A stretch of 64,000 bases of DNA from Macrostomum lignano (Eukaryota): contig NIVC01001879.1 in NCBI GenBank assembly GCA_002269645.1, forward strand, positions 1-64,000. The letters are read 5' to 3'. Made by a program: the position numbers and the translations under genes. The notes beneath the pieces are model-generated. The model saw nothing but the letters and a program-made list of their open reading frames with translations. It was not told the DNA's origin and did no database searches. Each line of letters opens with the position of its first letter. Position 1 is the stretch's first letter. This document shows positions 23,401-51,894 of the stretch, one piece after another.

Positions 23401-26400
23401 GTCAGGTGTGGGACCGACTGCAGCTTGAAACTGGTCAGGTGTGGGACAGACTGCAGATTAAAGCTGGTCAAGGTGTGGGACCGACTGCAGATTGAAGCTG
23501 GTCAGGTGTGTGACAGACTGGATACTAAAGCTAGTCAAGGTGTGGGACGGACTGCAGATTAAAGCTGGTCAAGGTGTGGGACAGACTGCAGATTAAAGCT
23601 GGTCAAGGTGTGGGACAGACTGCAGATTGAAGCTGGTCAAGGTGTGGGACAGACTGCAGATTGAAGCTGGTCAAGGTGTGGGACAGACTGCAGATTGAAG
23701 CTGGTCAGGTGTGGGACAGACTGCAGATTGAAGCTGGTCAGGTGTGGGACAGACTGCAGATTGAAGCTGGTCAGGTGTGGGACAGACTGGAGATTGAAGC
23801 TGGTCAGGTGTGGGACAGACTGGAGATTGAAGCTGGTCAGATGTGGGACAGAACGAGGATTGAAAATTGTCAGGTGTGGGACAGACTGGAGATTGAAGCT
23901 GGTCAGGTGTGGGACAGAACGAGGATTGAAAATTGTCAGGTGTGGGACAGACTGGAGATTGAAGCTGGTCAGGTGTGGGACAGACTGGAGATTGAAGCTG
24001 GTCAGGTGTGGGACAGACTGGAGATTGAAGCTGGTCAGATGTGGGACAGAACGAGGATTGAAAATTGTCAGGTGTGGGACAGACTGGAGATTGAAGCTGG
24101 TCAGGTGTGGGACAGAACGAGGATTGAAAATTGTCAGGTGTGGGACAGACTGGAGATTGAAGCTGGTCAGGTGTGGGACAGACTGGAGATTGAAGCTGGT
24201 CAGGTGTGGGACAGACTGGAGATTGAAGCTGGTCAGGTGTGGGACAGACTGGAGATTGAAGCTGGTCAGGTGTGGGACAGAATGAAGATTGGAGCTGGTC
24301 AGGTGTGGGACAGACTGGATCGATGCTGCGGGGTCAGTTGTCATAAATAATCTCTAATTCCGCCTGTTGCCGCCATCAAAACATATCAGCTCCAGCAGCG
24401 CTTGGATGAAATCAACCTGGTGCAAGCTGAGACTGCTCAGGAGAACGAGAGACTAGCCAAGGAGCGCGACGCTCTGGAAGAGGAGCTCTCAGAATCTCGC
24501 GAGGCTCTGGAAGAGTCGCAGTCCTACGTTGAAGAGTTGCAGAAGAAGTTCAAAGACGACCGAAGGAAACGGGCTCAGGCGGCGATTGCTTTGAGCGAAG
24601 GCATCGCGCTGGAGCGGGAGACTCTGGTGCGCCAGCTGGACACCCTCCGGGACGTGAACAAGAAGCTGAAAGACGAGTCTGACATGTCAGGAACCCTGGA
24701 CTCGGGCGACAGAGGCCTGGGCTTCGGGGAAATTGTGCACTTCCGCGAAGGCGGCGAAGAGGGCAGCAGCGGCGGCGGAAGCGGCAGCCAGAAGGACAGC
24801 CCGACTGGAGGGGCCGCGGCAAAGAGCTTCAACAGGCAGGAGTCGCTGCAGGGCTTGAATGCCGCCTCTGCTGTCATCGTTGGGTGAGGAATGACTTCCA
24901 TAATCCTACAGATTTGTTCTCCAGCTGTATCCTCATTCAAGCTTCATCCTTTGGTTCATCGTCATCTCCAGCTTCATCCTCCTCCTCAGCTTCATCCTCA
25001 TTCTCAGCTTCATCATCATCCTTAGCTTCATCCTCATCTCCAGCTTCATCCTCCTCCTCAGCTTCATCCTCATTCTCAGCTTCATCATCATCCTTAGCTT
25101 CATCCTCATCTCCAGCTTCATCCTCATCATCAGCTTCATCCTCATCTCCAGCTTCATCCTCGTCTCCAGTTTCATCCTCATGTCCAGCTTCATCCTTATC
25201 ATCAGCTTCATCCTCATCTCTAGCTTCATCCTCATCTCTAGCTTCATCGTCATCTCCAGCTTCATCCTTTTCATCAGCTTCATCCTTTCATCAGCTTTAT
25301 CGTCATCTCCAGCTTCATCCTCATCTCCAGCTTCATCCTCATCTCCAGCTTCATCCTCATCTCCAGCTTCATCCTCATCTCCAGCTTCATCGTCATCTAC
25401 AGCTTCATCCTTTTCACCAGCTTCATCCTCATATCCAGCTTCATCCTCATCTCCAGCTTCATCCTCATCCAGCTTCATCCTTATCTCCAGCTTCATCCTC
25501 ATCTCCAGCTTCATCCTCATCTCCAGCTTCATCCTCATCGCTTCTTTTCACCCTTCAGTTATATTTGGCGTTTTAACCCTGATTTTCGCCCTCGACACTT
25601 TCAGCGGCGAAACCCTCGCTGACATCATGGACGGCGACGAAGACGACTGCGAGTATGACTACGACGGCGACGCTGGCGCATTCGGTGGCGCTGGCGGCGG
25701 CTTTGGACGCGGCAGCCCCATCGTGTACGAGACCATCGAGTCCGAGTCCTACCAGCCTGTCAATCTGGTTCCGCCGGTGCCGCCACCGCCGCCTCCGAAG
25801 GAGACTTCTGAGACGGCCACCATGATGACTCCATGTCCGAGTCGTCAACCGACGCCACCGCCAACGCCGCCACCTCTTCCGCCGCCGGTTTCAAAATGCG
25901 AGATGGAAATTCAAACCGAAGAGATCGAACTGCCGACGCCTGTGGTGCCAGTGGTAGTTAAAGAGTGAGCGAAATTTAGTATGGTGGTCTAGCGGAGCTT
26001 ATCCCTTCGAGTGTCAACGGAACCCCCCTTCCATGAATAACATTTCTCCTCAGTGAATACCCCTGTCAACAGAATCTCTCCATACACATAACTCCTTCCC
26101 CCACAGAACCTCCGCCGCATAACTCCCCCACAGAACCCCTCCCCCTGGCCCATAGAACCCCAGCCCCCACAAAATTCCTCCCCCGGCCCACAGAACCCCA
26201 GCCCCACAGAACCCTCCCCCACAGAACCCCTCCCCCAACAGAACCCTCCCCCAACAGAACCCTCCCCCCACAGAACCCTCCCCCACAGAACCCTCCCCCA
26301 CAGAACCCTCCCCCACAGAACCCTCCCCCACAGAACCCTCCCCCCACAGAACCCTCCCCCAGCAGAACCCTCCCCCCACAGAACCCTCCCCCAACAGAAC

Positions 26401-29400
26401 CCTCTCCCCACAGAACCCTCCCCCACAGAACCCTCCCCAACAGAAACCCTCCCCAACAGAACCCTCCCCCAACAGAACCCTCCCCCACAGAACCCTCCCC
26501 ACAGAACCCCCCCCACAGAACCCTCCCCACAGAACCCTCCCCACAGAACCCTCCCCCACAGAACCCTCCCCCACAGAACCCTCCCCACAGAACCCTCCCC
26601 ACAGAACCCTCCCCCACAGAACCCTCCCCAACAGAAACCCTCCCCCCAACAGAACCCTCCCCCAACAGAACCCTCCCCAACAGAACCGTCCCCCACAGAA
26701 CCCTCCCCACAGAACCCTCCCCCACAGAACCCTCCCCCACAGAACCCCCCCACAGAACCCTCCCCCACAGAACCCTCCCCACAGAACCCTCCCCACAGAA
26801 CCCTCCCCCACAGAACCCTCCCCCACAGAACCCTCCCCCACAGAACCCTCCCCACAGAACCCTCCCCACAGAACCCTCCCCCACAGAACCCTCCCCCCAC
26901 AGAACCCTCCCCCAGCAGAACCCTCCCCCCACAGAACCCTCCCCCAACAGAACCCTCTCCCCACAGAACCCTCCCCACAGAACCCTCCCCCACAGAACCC
27001 TCCCCCAACAGAAACCCTCCCCCAACAGAACCCTCCCCCAACAGAACCCCCCACAGAACCCTCCCCCACAGAACCCCCCACAGAACCCTCCCCCACAGAA
27101 CCCTCCCCCACAGAACCCTGCCCCACAGAACCCTCCCCCACAGAACCCTCCCCCACAGAACCCTCCCCCCACAGAACCCTCCCCCACAGAACCCTCCCCC
27201 ACAGAACCCTCCCCCAACAGAACCCTCCCCAACAGAACCCTCCCCCAACAGAACCCTCCCCCACAGAACCCTCCCCCAACAGAACCCTCCCCCAACAGAA
27301 CCCTCCCCCAAACAGAACCCTCCCGCACAGAACCCTCCCCCAACAGAACCCTCCCCCACAGAACCCTCCCCACAGAACCCTCCCTCTACAGAACCCTCCC
27401 CCAACAGAACCCTCCCCCATAGAACCCTCCCCCAACAGAACCCCCCCCACAGAACCCTCCTCCCTATAAGCTTTCCCATTTTTCAATGAAAACCTATTTT
27501 TAAAGTACGCCATACACTTTTCCTCCCTCTGCAGCTCAGAAGCCAACGCTGACTCTGGTGTCGACCGACCGACGCCCGAAGGGGCCGGCGACGAAGATGC
27601 CCACTCGGTGGCCACCACTGGAGCAAACAGCTCGGAGGCTGCCATGCTGGTAAGATGAGGCAAATAAAGTTTCCTATTATTTAGAAGCATTGATAGACAC
27701 TCGATTCGATTATATTTAGGCTGGCAAATCGCCCGAACGAATCTTCAAAGTGGTGTTCGTTGGCGACTCCGGAGTTGGCAAAAGCTCCATCATTCATCGG
27801 TTCTGTCAGAATTCGTTCAAGTCCACGTTTTCCGCCACTATTGGCATCGATTTTCAAATTAAAACAATGTGCGTTGAGGAGCAGGTGATTGCGCTGCAAC
27901 TCTGGGACACGGCGGGGCAGGAGCGGTGAGCTATGACTAATACTTACACGTGTCTTGAGGGCGCCAAACTATACTTATAAGTGTCTTGAGGGCGCCAAAC
28001 TATAGTTATAAGTGTCTTGAGGGCGCCAAACTGTACTTATAAGTGTCTTGAGGGCGCCAAACTATACTTATAAGTGTCTTGAGGGCGCCAAACTATAGTT
28101 ATAAGTGTCTTGAGGGCGCCGATCAATGCTTATAAGTGTCTTGAGGGCGCCAAACTATACTTATACATGTAAGTGTCTTGAGGGCGCCAAACTATAGTTA
28201 TAAGTGTCTTGGGGGCGCCGATCAATGCTTATAAGTGTCTTGAGGGCGTCAAACTATACTTATAAGTGTCTTGAGGGCGCCGATCAATGCTTATAAGTGT
28301 CTTGAGGGCGCCAAACTATACTTATAAGTGTCTTGAGGGCGCCAAACTATACTTATAAGTGTCTTGAGGGCGCCAAACTATACTTATAAGTGTCTTGAGG
28401 GCGCCAAACTATACTTATAAGTGTCTTGAGGGCGCCAAACTATACTTATTAGTGTCTTGAGGGCGCCAAACTATAGTTATAAGTGTCTTGAGGGCGCCAA
28501 ACTATATTTATAAGTGTCTTGAGGGCGCCGATCAATGCTTATAAGTGTCTTGAGGGCGCCAAACTATACTTATTAGTGTCTTGAGGGCGCCAAACTATAG
28601 TTATTAGTGTCTTGAGGGCGCCAAACTATAGTTATAAGTGTCTTGAGGGCGCCAAACTATAGTTATAAGTGTCTTGATGGCGCTAAACTGTAGCTTTAGG
28701 TGTCTTAAGAGCGCCAAACTTCAATGTCTGTGGCGCCAAACTTTAAAATGTCTGTAAAAAAAACTTTAAAAAACAGACACTTTAAAGTGTCTGTGGCACC
28801 ATAATTTTGAGGTGTTTAGTAGCGCCCAACTCCCAGGTGCTGAGTGGCCCCAAACTCTAACGTGTCTGTGGCGCCAAACAATCAGGTGTTCAGTGGCGCC
28901 AAACTCTCAGGTAATTAGTGGCGCCAAACTCTCAGGTGTTTAATGGGGCCAAACTCTCACTACTTAATTCTATTTTCATCTCCATTTCAAATCAGATTTC
29001 GCAGTATAACAAAGCAATACTTCCGCAAAGCCGATGGCATAGTGATTGTTTACGACGTGACCAACTCAGTCACCTATTTGCACCTGCGCGAATGGATGGA
29101 ATCCGTGGTTGAAGGCGCCGAAGACAACGCAGTCAAGATGGTCCTTGGCAACAAGGTAGATCTAGCCGGTGAGGCGAGTTCCGATGGAATGCAAAATGTT
29201 GTCGACAAGAAGAGTGGCAGCCAGTTGGCTGACGAGTTCGAAGCTCTGTTCTATGAAGTTAGCGCTAAGAGTGGCTCAAGCATCAATGAGGCTTTTCACG
29301 CCCTTGCCTGGTAAGAATTACCTAGTGCTTATACTAGAGGGATTTACGTGTAGAGGGATTAATGACATCTAAAGAGATTAGTGAGAAATTAGAGGGTTAG

Positions 29401-30066
29401 TGAGATTCAGTTGGGATTGATAAGAGATCTAGTTGAGATTGATAAGAGATCTAGTTGGGATTTATAAGATATCTAGTTGGGATTGATGAGAGATCTAGAG
29501 TGATAATTAAGAGATCTAGGAGGGATTGATAAGAGATCTAGGGGGGATTGATAAGAGATCTAGGGGGGGGGTTGATAAGAGATCTGTAGTGTTGATAAGA
29601 GATCTAGGGGGGGGGGTTGATAAGAGATCTGTAGTGTTGATAAGAGATCTAGGGGGGGGGGTTGATAAGAGATCTGTAGTGTTGATAAGAGATCTAGGGG
29701 GGGTTGATAAGAGATCTGTAGTGTTGATAAGAGATCTAGAAGGATTTGTGAGATCTTAGGTAAGATATCTTAGGACACGATTGGGATATTTAGACAGATA
29801 CATACATAACATACGAGCCTATGTGAGAGATTCAGGGGCATTGCTGAGATCTAAAGGAATAACTGTTAAGATCTACATGTCGCACAGGTTAGAGATGTAC
29901 ATGTACCCGTCTATGTCAGCTATCAAAATAAAAGTGCATGACCTGATCGAACTGACAATAAACGCAACATTTCAGCGTTCTTCGCGAACGGGAAGACAGA
30001 GAGCTAAAGAACGCTATCAGAATCAGTGCCGACATTGAAAAGAAGAAGGGATGCTGTGGAAAGTAA
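17448..30066 (+). CDS. CRACR2A: EF-hand / coiled-coil / Rab large GTPase CRACR2A (EFCAB4B, Rab46)-like, complete, 10 coding exons
   Basis: Exons 17448-17664, 18285-18492, 22174-22320, 22406-22592, 24390-24883, 25605-25964, 27535-27649, 27720-27925, 28996-29310 and 29976-30066 are all phase-compatible. EF hands (FDVCDIEQKGFIT, FDRLDDDGNGYLTLEEF), LYEEMETQIRAE coiled coil and a Pro-rich linker are present. Rab motifs are GDSGVGKS/WDTAGQER/GNKVD/SAK, and the C-terminus is KKKGCCGK. The exon 2 donor is uncertain (GC). Confidence 0.9.
17690..18235 (+). repeat. 12-bp intronic minisatellite (ATGAACTCACTC)
   Basis: CRACR2A intron 1. Confidence 0.95.
18503..18775 (+). repeat. 16-bp G-rich minisatellite (GCTGGGGTGAGACTGA)
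   Basis: CRACR2A intron 2, starting 10 nt after the proposed donor. Confidence 0.95.
18955..19665 (+). repeat. 22-bp minisatellite (GAGACTAGAGTGAGATCTAAAT)
   Basis: About 31 near-identical units in CRACR2A intron 2. Confidence 0.95.
20305..21570 (+). repeat. CT-rich ~14-bp tandem tract (CCACTCTCCCTCTC)
   Basis: CRACR2A intron 2; source of several spurious S/L/P or E/R/G ORFs. Confidence 0.95.
22610..24320 (+). repeat. 33-bp minisatellite (GTGGGACAGACTGGAGATTGAAGCTGGTCAGGT)
   Basis: About 51 units with variant types in CRACR2A intron 4. Confidence 0.95.
24935..25540 (+). repeat. 18-bp minisatellite (TCCAGCTTCATCCTCATC)
   Basis: CRACR2A intron 5. Confidence 0.95.
26095..27465 (+). repeat. 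16-17-bp C-rich minisatellite (ACAGAACCCTCCCCC)
   Basis: CRACR2A intron 6; G-run rich on the minus strand. Confidence 0.95.
27950..28940 (+). repeat. 31-bp minisatellite (GAGGGCGCCAAACTATACTTATAAGTGTCTT), degenerate 3' end
   Basis: CRACR2A intron 8. Confidence 0.93.
29405..29750 (+). repeat. ~22/44-bp minisatellite (GATAAGAGATCTAG...)
   Basis: CRACR2A intron 9. Confidence 0.85.
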
Positions 30067-32389
30067 CTTTTTGCGTAGAATATGATTTGAAATCAACTAG
30101 CTACAATATATTTTGTTTAAATGGCGTGGGACGAAATCTAGAAAATTTCATGACTTTCAACGTCCTAAAAAGACATTGAAATCTGTTAATCCAATTCCGA
30201 ACGGATATAAACAAATATTGGATTTTCTAGTCAATAAATTTATCTACTCCCATTGACCATTGCTGCATGGCATTTATTAACTATCGTCACTTGTAATGGA
30301 TTTTGTTTCTAAGTCTTCAAAAAATTGGAAAATATGCTATTTTTGCGTATTAAAACACTTAATCTATCTAACCACAAATTTTAACTCGTAGCGCTCAGCT
30401 TGCGTGTGTCTGCCTTGCGGTGTTTCATTTCTCTCGTGTCTCTATCCTGTAGCTCTATTGCGTCAATTCAGGAAATTTATTTTAAATAATTAATACGCTA
30501 CTTCAAGTAGTTGATGTGCGCTTGATTAATATACTATATGTAACTAGTAGGTGGTGGATAAGTGCTTATATTTATGCAAAACTATTTATTCCCTGATTCC
30601 AATTGCAGTAGTTTCACTTTTGAATTTTATATTTGTGATGCTCAATACACGTATAAGCATATACATACGAGTCGTATATTTACGTATATTTTATATCAGT
30701 AAGTGCTATCATTTCGCTAGCTAAATTTTGTAACATGCAATTACGGGGCTGAATGTTTAAAGCTATCTGATATAAAATTTGTACTTGAGGCCTTTCGATC
30801 GTAAATTATTTGTTATAATAGATAGTAACAATTTTAAAGCACTGTTTCAAGGGCCTATGGAAGGGAGACAGGACAGAAGGTTCGCTATACCTAATTTGTA
30901 TATTTTTATATTAATTCAAGCACCTGTTAAGTTTAAAACATAAAAACTCATGCATTGATGCCACTTATGAAAGGTTTCAGAACTTATAAACTGCACAAAA
31001 CAGATTATATTTTGTTTAAGTTCTAAAAATTACACGAAACTAATGTACGTCCATCGCGGTCCGGTCCATATTTTTTATTGTCCCAATTGTTTCAAGGATA
31101 GCTGTCGTTAATTTATAGTTTCACTTGATGTTTGAAAGTTAAAATGATTTGCATTGCATATCATATATTTTATTTTTAAATTAGATATTTAAAAGCGATA
31201 TGTATAATGATCACCAATTGTAAAAAAGGTTATTAATTTGTTACTGCATGAATCATTTCATTTTTAACTTGCACATTATAGTAAACTTCTATGTTTGCAC
31301 ATAGAGAATTTATCTAGCTGTCACTAACTTGTTAATAGATATTTTAATTTATTTTGATAATATTAGCATAGCGCGGTCATTCGATGCTTATATTTTATTT
31401 CTTCTAATCAAAATGTGATAATACAATATTTTTGTTATAAACTTTACTTTTCTCGGCGGCGTTTGTGGTGATTCGCGCCTTTAGCAAATTATTTGGTGAT
31501 TCTCTTCCTCGATTCAATGGCTTTGTTAAATTAAAATGTAATAAACACCTCGTGTGCTTATATTAACACGCCTACATGTAAATTGAATATATAAATACAT
31601 AACTATAGCTGTCACATCAACTGCCGGTCCCACTGCACGTGGATCGGATCAAATATCAATTTATATGCAGTTATATTTTCTGCATCTACTTTGTCTATTT
31701 TTTCAAAGCAACACTGTAGCTTATAAAACCGCCTATTATTTTGAATATAAGAAATATTGCCATATTATTACAGAAATACGAAACTACTTTTTAAATCGTG
31801 GTAATTGTCTTCCTTGTACTGGACTCGCCGTAAACAATTAATAAAGTACATGTTAAAACAAAAATGCAGACAGAAACTAATTGGAGAAACAAATTTTGAA
31901 ACATTCAAAACCTGTCGATCTAAGTTAATTATCTCGTTACGGATAAAAAATTCATGCTTGCATCAGTCAGCCGGGTTTAATTTGTAAATGTGCTCTCTAG
32001 ATATGGCTACTGCAGTATTTTAATTAATGCAATCGTCGCTATAAAACACAGCGGGAGTATTAACTACCACTCTAAAAAACTAGCGGCTACTCAGCTAAAT
32101 CATGATGAGCCTACACATCATATATGACTGACTGTGTATTTTTAAATGGCATATACGGTACATTAACTGCCTGCCTGCCTGTCTATGTCCTATGACTTCC
32201 TCAAACTGCTGCTGTACATGACAGAAAAATTATTGTTTATTCCTAACCCAGCTCTGCAACCCCCTAATCGCAGCAGTTATTCCACCGTTTACCCGGGTAC
32301 TCTACATTGAAGTAGCTCACATATCGTTTATTAGTAATAGCTATATATGTAGACAATTTCAGCAAATTATTCGTCTAATAGCTTCTCTG

Positions 32390-33000
32390 CTTCCTCTCCC
32401 TCTCCCTCTCTCTCCCCTCTCCCTCTATCAACTCTCCCTCTCTCTCCCCTCTCCCTCTCCCTCTCTCTCCACTCTCCCTCTCTCCCCTCTCCCGGCCTCT
32501 CTCCCCTCTACCGGCCTCTCTCCCCTCTCCCTCTCTCCCCTCTGCCTCTCTCCCTCTCCCTCTCTCTCTCTCCCTCTCCCTCTCTCTCTCTCCCTCTCCC
32601 TCTCTCTCTCTCCCTCTCCCTCTCTCTCTCTCCCTCTCCCTCTCTCTCTCTCCCTCTCCCTCTCTCTCTCTCCCTCTCTACAATCTCCCTCTCTCCCTCT
32701 CCCTCTCTCCCTCTCCCTCTCTCTTTCTCCCTATCCCTATATACCTCTCCATCCATCTCTCTCCGTCTCCCTCTCTCTCTTCTCCCTGTCTCCCAGCTCT
32801 CTCCTCTCCATCTCCCTCTTCCCCTCTCCACCGCCCTTTCCCTCTCCCTCTCACTCTCCCCATCCTTCTGTCCCCTTTCCGTCTCTTCCCTCCCTCCCTC
32901 TCTTCGCTTTCCTTCCGTTCCTTTTTCTCTTCCTCTCCTCTCTCCCTCTCTCCCTCTCTGTCTCCATCCCCTTCTCTCAATCTCCCTTTCATCATCTCCC
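32390..33000 (+). repeat. CT-rich polypyrimidine tract
   Basis: Direct observation. Confidence 0.9.
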
Positions 33001-33759
33001 CTTATCCTTCCTCAAGTCCCCCAGCGATTTTAGGCACCCACTTCAAGCTGATATTTCAGTCCCTCTGATCAATATCAGAGTCTCATTCTCTCTCGCAGAA
33101 TTAATCTTAATCCCTATAATATTTGCAATCCTCCTACCCTTCTCTTCCCTCCCTTTCCGATTGCCTCATCAAATTTCTCCGAGAAGCTCGCATGGGCAAT
33201 TAAAATCGCATTAAAAAGCGGCAGAATACTCTCGCAGCAGGCAGCCTCTCAGAGATATTATGTTCACTTTATTCTGTAGATGAACAGAAGTAGATTGGTA
33301 GATAGAAAAGGTAGATAAGCAGAAATTTATTGGTAGATAGAGAAGTAGATAAACAGAAATAGATTTGCAGATAGATTCTTGCCAGGATTATAGTCAATAA
33401 CATGGAACTACATCCACATGAGATGAAAATACAATTATGGATGGTCGACACAAGAAGGTTGAACCAGAGACACAGCTACGGTACTGCAGATTAGCAATAA
33501 AGTGCTGCATCCACTCGCCAGCGCTATCATCAATGGCTCTCCGTGTTGTTTTTATCGGGTTGTAAAAAAGTACAAAGTACGAAGAGCATCGAATCGTTGC
33601 CCTTCCCTTAACGGCTTCCCATTCTCCCCCCGATACTGCAGTCTGCCTGTCTGTATTTTTGCACTCTGGTTTGCCTACTTTTCTGCATGAATACGGATAT
33701 AGCAGATGTGAAATACGCGCATAGATGGATGCTATAATTTAAACTGTTTCAAGCAGATA

Positions 33760-34410
33760 GATGGAGATAGATGCATGCAGCTAGAGGGAATTGGTAGATG
33801 AATAGGTAGATAGACAGAAGTAGATTGGTAGATAGATCGGTAGATAGATTGGTAGATAAATGATAGATCGGTCGACCATAGACATGGCAGATAGATTGGT
33901 AGATAGATGATAGATCGGTCGATAGATTAGTAGATCGATCGGTAGATAGATGATAGATCGGTCGATAGATTAGTAGATCGATCGGTAGATAGATGATAGA
34001 TCGGTCGATAGATTAGTAGATCGATCGGTAGATAGATGATAGATCGGTTGATAGATTACTAGATCGATCGGTAGATAGATGATAGATCGGTCGATAGATT
34101 GGTAGATAGATCGGTAGATAGATTGGTAGAAAGATCGGTAGATAGATTGGTAGAAAGATCGGTAGATAGATTAATAGATAGATCGGTAGATAGATTGGTA
34201 GAAAGATCGGTAGATAGATTGGTAGAAAGATCGGTGGATAGATTGGTAGATAGATCGGTAGATAGATTGGTAGAAAGATCGGTAGATAGATTGGTAGAAA
34301 GATCGGTGGATAGATTGGTAGATAGATCGGTAGATAGATTGGTAGATAGATCGGTAGATATATTGGTAGATAGATCGGTAGATAGATTGGTAGATAGATC
34401 AGTAGATAGG
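33760..34410 (+). repeat. GATA-derived 12-bp tandem repeat (GATAGATTGGTA/GATAGATCGGTA)
   Basis: Direct observation. Confidence 0.9.
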
Positions 34411-34898
34411 CAGGGATGTAAAAGTAAATTATCAATGGCAAATATTTTATTACCAGATCTGTTGCATCAGGATCAGACTCTCACCAAGTCATATAATATT
34501 CATGAATGTGCAGTAGCAATGGATAAATAAATGACACCCTTATCGTTATAATTAATTTTATGCGCATATTATTACATTCATATAGAGTCATATGCTCGCG
34601 AGTAAATGTGTAAAAACTGTAGCAGAACGAATAGGCTGAGATGGGAAGCTGAGAAGAGACGAATGATGAAGAAGAAGAAGAGTTGAGCAAATCTTTCGAA
34701 TGGCCCAGCTGATGACGAGATGGTTGCACTGCAGGATTTCTCTGGCTGCTTCTGATTGGCTGGCTTGCCCATGGTTTCGGGGTGGCTGGTCTGGACTGAC
34801 CACTGCAGCCTCAGTTTTAAAGTGTTCGCTTTTGCAACTGCTTTTAGAGGTGTGCATCTTCTGTCTGCCACTGCTTCTGCTTTTGCTCAGCAGCAGAA

Positions 34899-51078
<16,180 letters not shown>

Positions 51079-51201
51079 TAAAGAAACGATATTTAATTAC
51101 AATAGCAACCCTATATGTTATAAATATATATTTTAACTGCTATAATGTCAATCAATTATTTTTGGCTCAAAATTACGAATGTAATGAAAGCATAAAATGT
51201 A

Positions 51202-51207
51202 AATAAA
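51202..51207 (+). terminator. Probable poly(A) signal of the qvr-like gene
   Basis: Cluster of AATAAA about 125 nt after the stop. Confidence 0.5.
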
Positions 51208-51894
51208 TAAATAAAATAAAAAAGCAGAAAATTACTGTTTTTTGTGTGTTTCATTCTGACCACCAAAACAATACAGCTATTAAATTCTTTAATTTTTCCT
51301 ATATTTTTCTTCTCAGAAGACAAAGGGACAACTGATTAAACAGCTGTATATATCACATTAAAATGTAGGTCTATAATTACGCCTAAGGTCCAAAAGTGTA
51401 CTTTAATCATTGTCTAAGAGACAGCAATTTTGCCTGGATTAAAACAAAAAAGACAAAACAGACGCTTACGGTCTACTTACCATAGTAGTATCATTTATAG
51501 CCTAAGCACACATAAACTAAAATAGAGATTAACAGTTTGGCACCAAAAAATATTGTTCAATAATTCAGTTTACTTGGTTAGCAAACATTGGAGTTTGTCG
51601 ACCCCCAACTATACTACTAACTTGCATTGCTTTAAAAGTAATAAATTACAGGTATTTTCTGTTAAGATAGCGTATTTTTAATTAATTAAGGAAACTAAAC
51701 AAAAAAAATCCAAAATACCCAATTATATAATTCTTACTATTGCTCTAATACTCTACTATTAGTAGTAGCACAAGTTTTATGGCCTATAGCAATAATATAA
51801 TGAATTAAATATAATAATATCAAGTTGTAAATAATTTAATTGTCATGCCAAATATCGAACTCAATGCTGAATTAATCGGTAAGTGACAAAAATG

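Noticed and set aside
22413-27690. Repeat-peptide ORFs (QVWDRLEIEAG, GGFCGEGSV, MKLE, etc.)
   Set aside because: They lie within CRACR2A introns defined by phase-consistent splice sites and are products of minisatellites.
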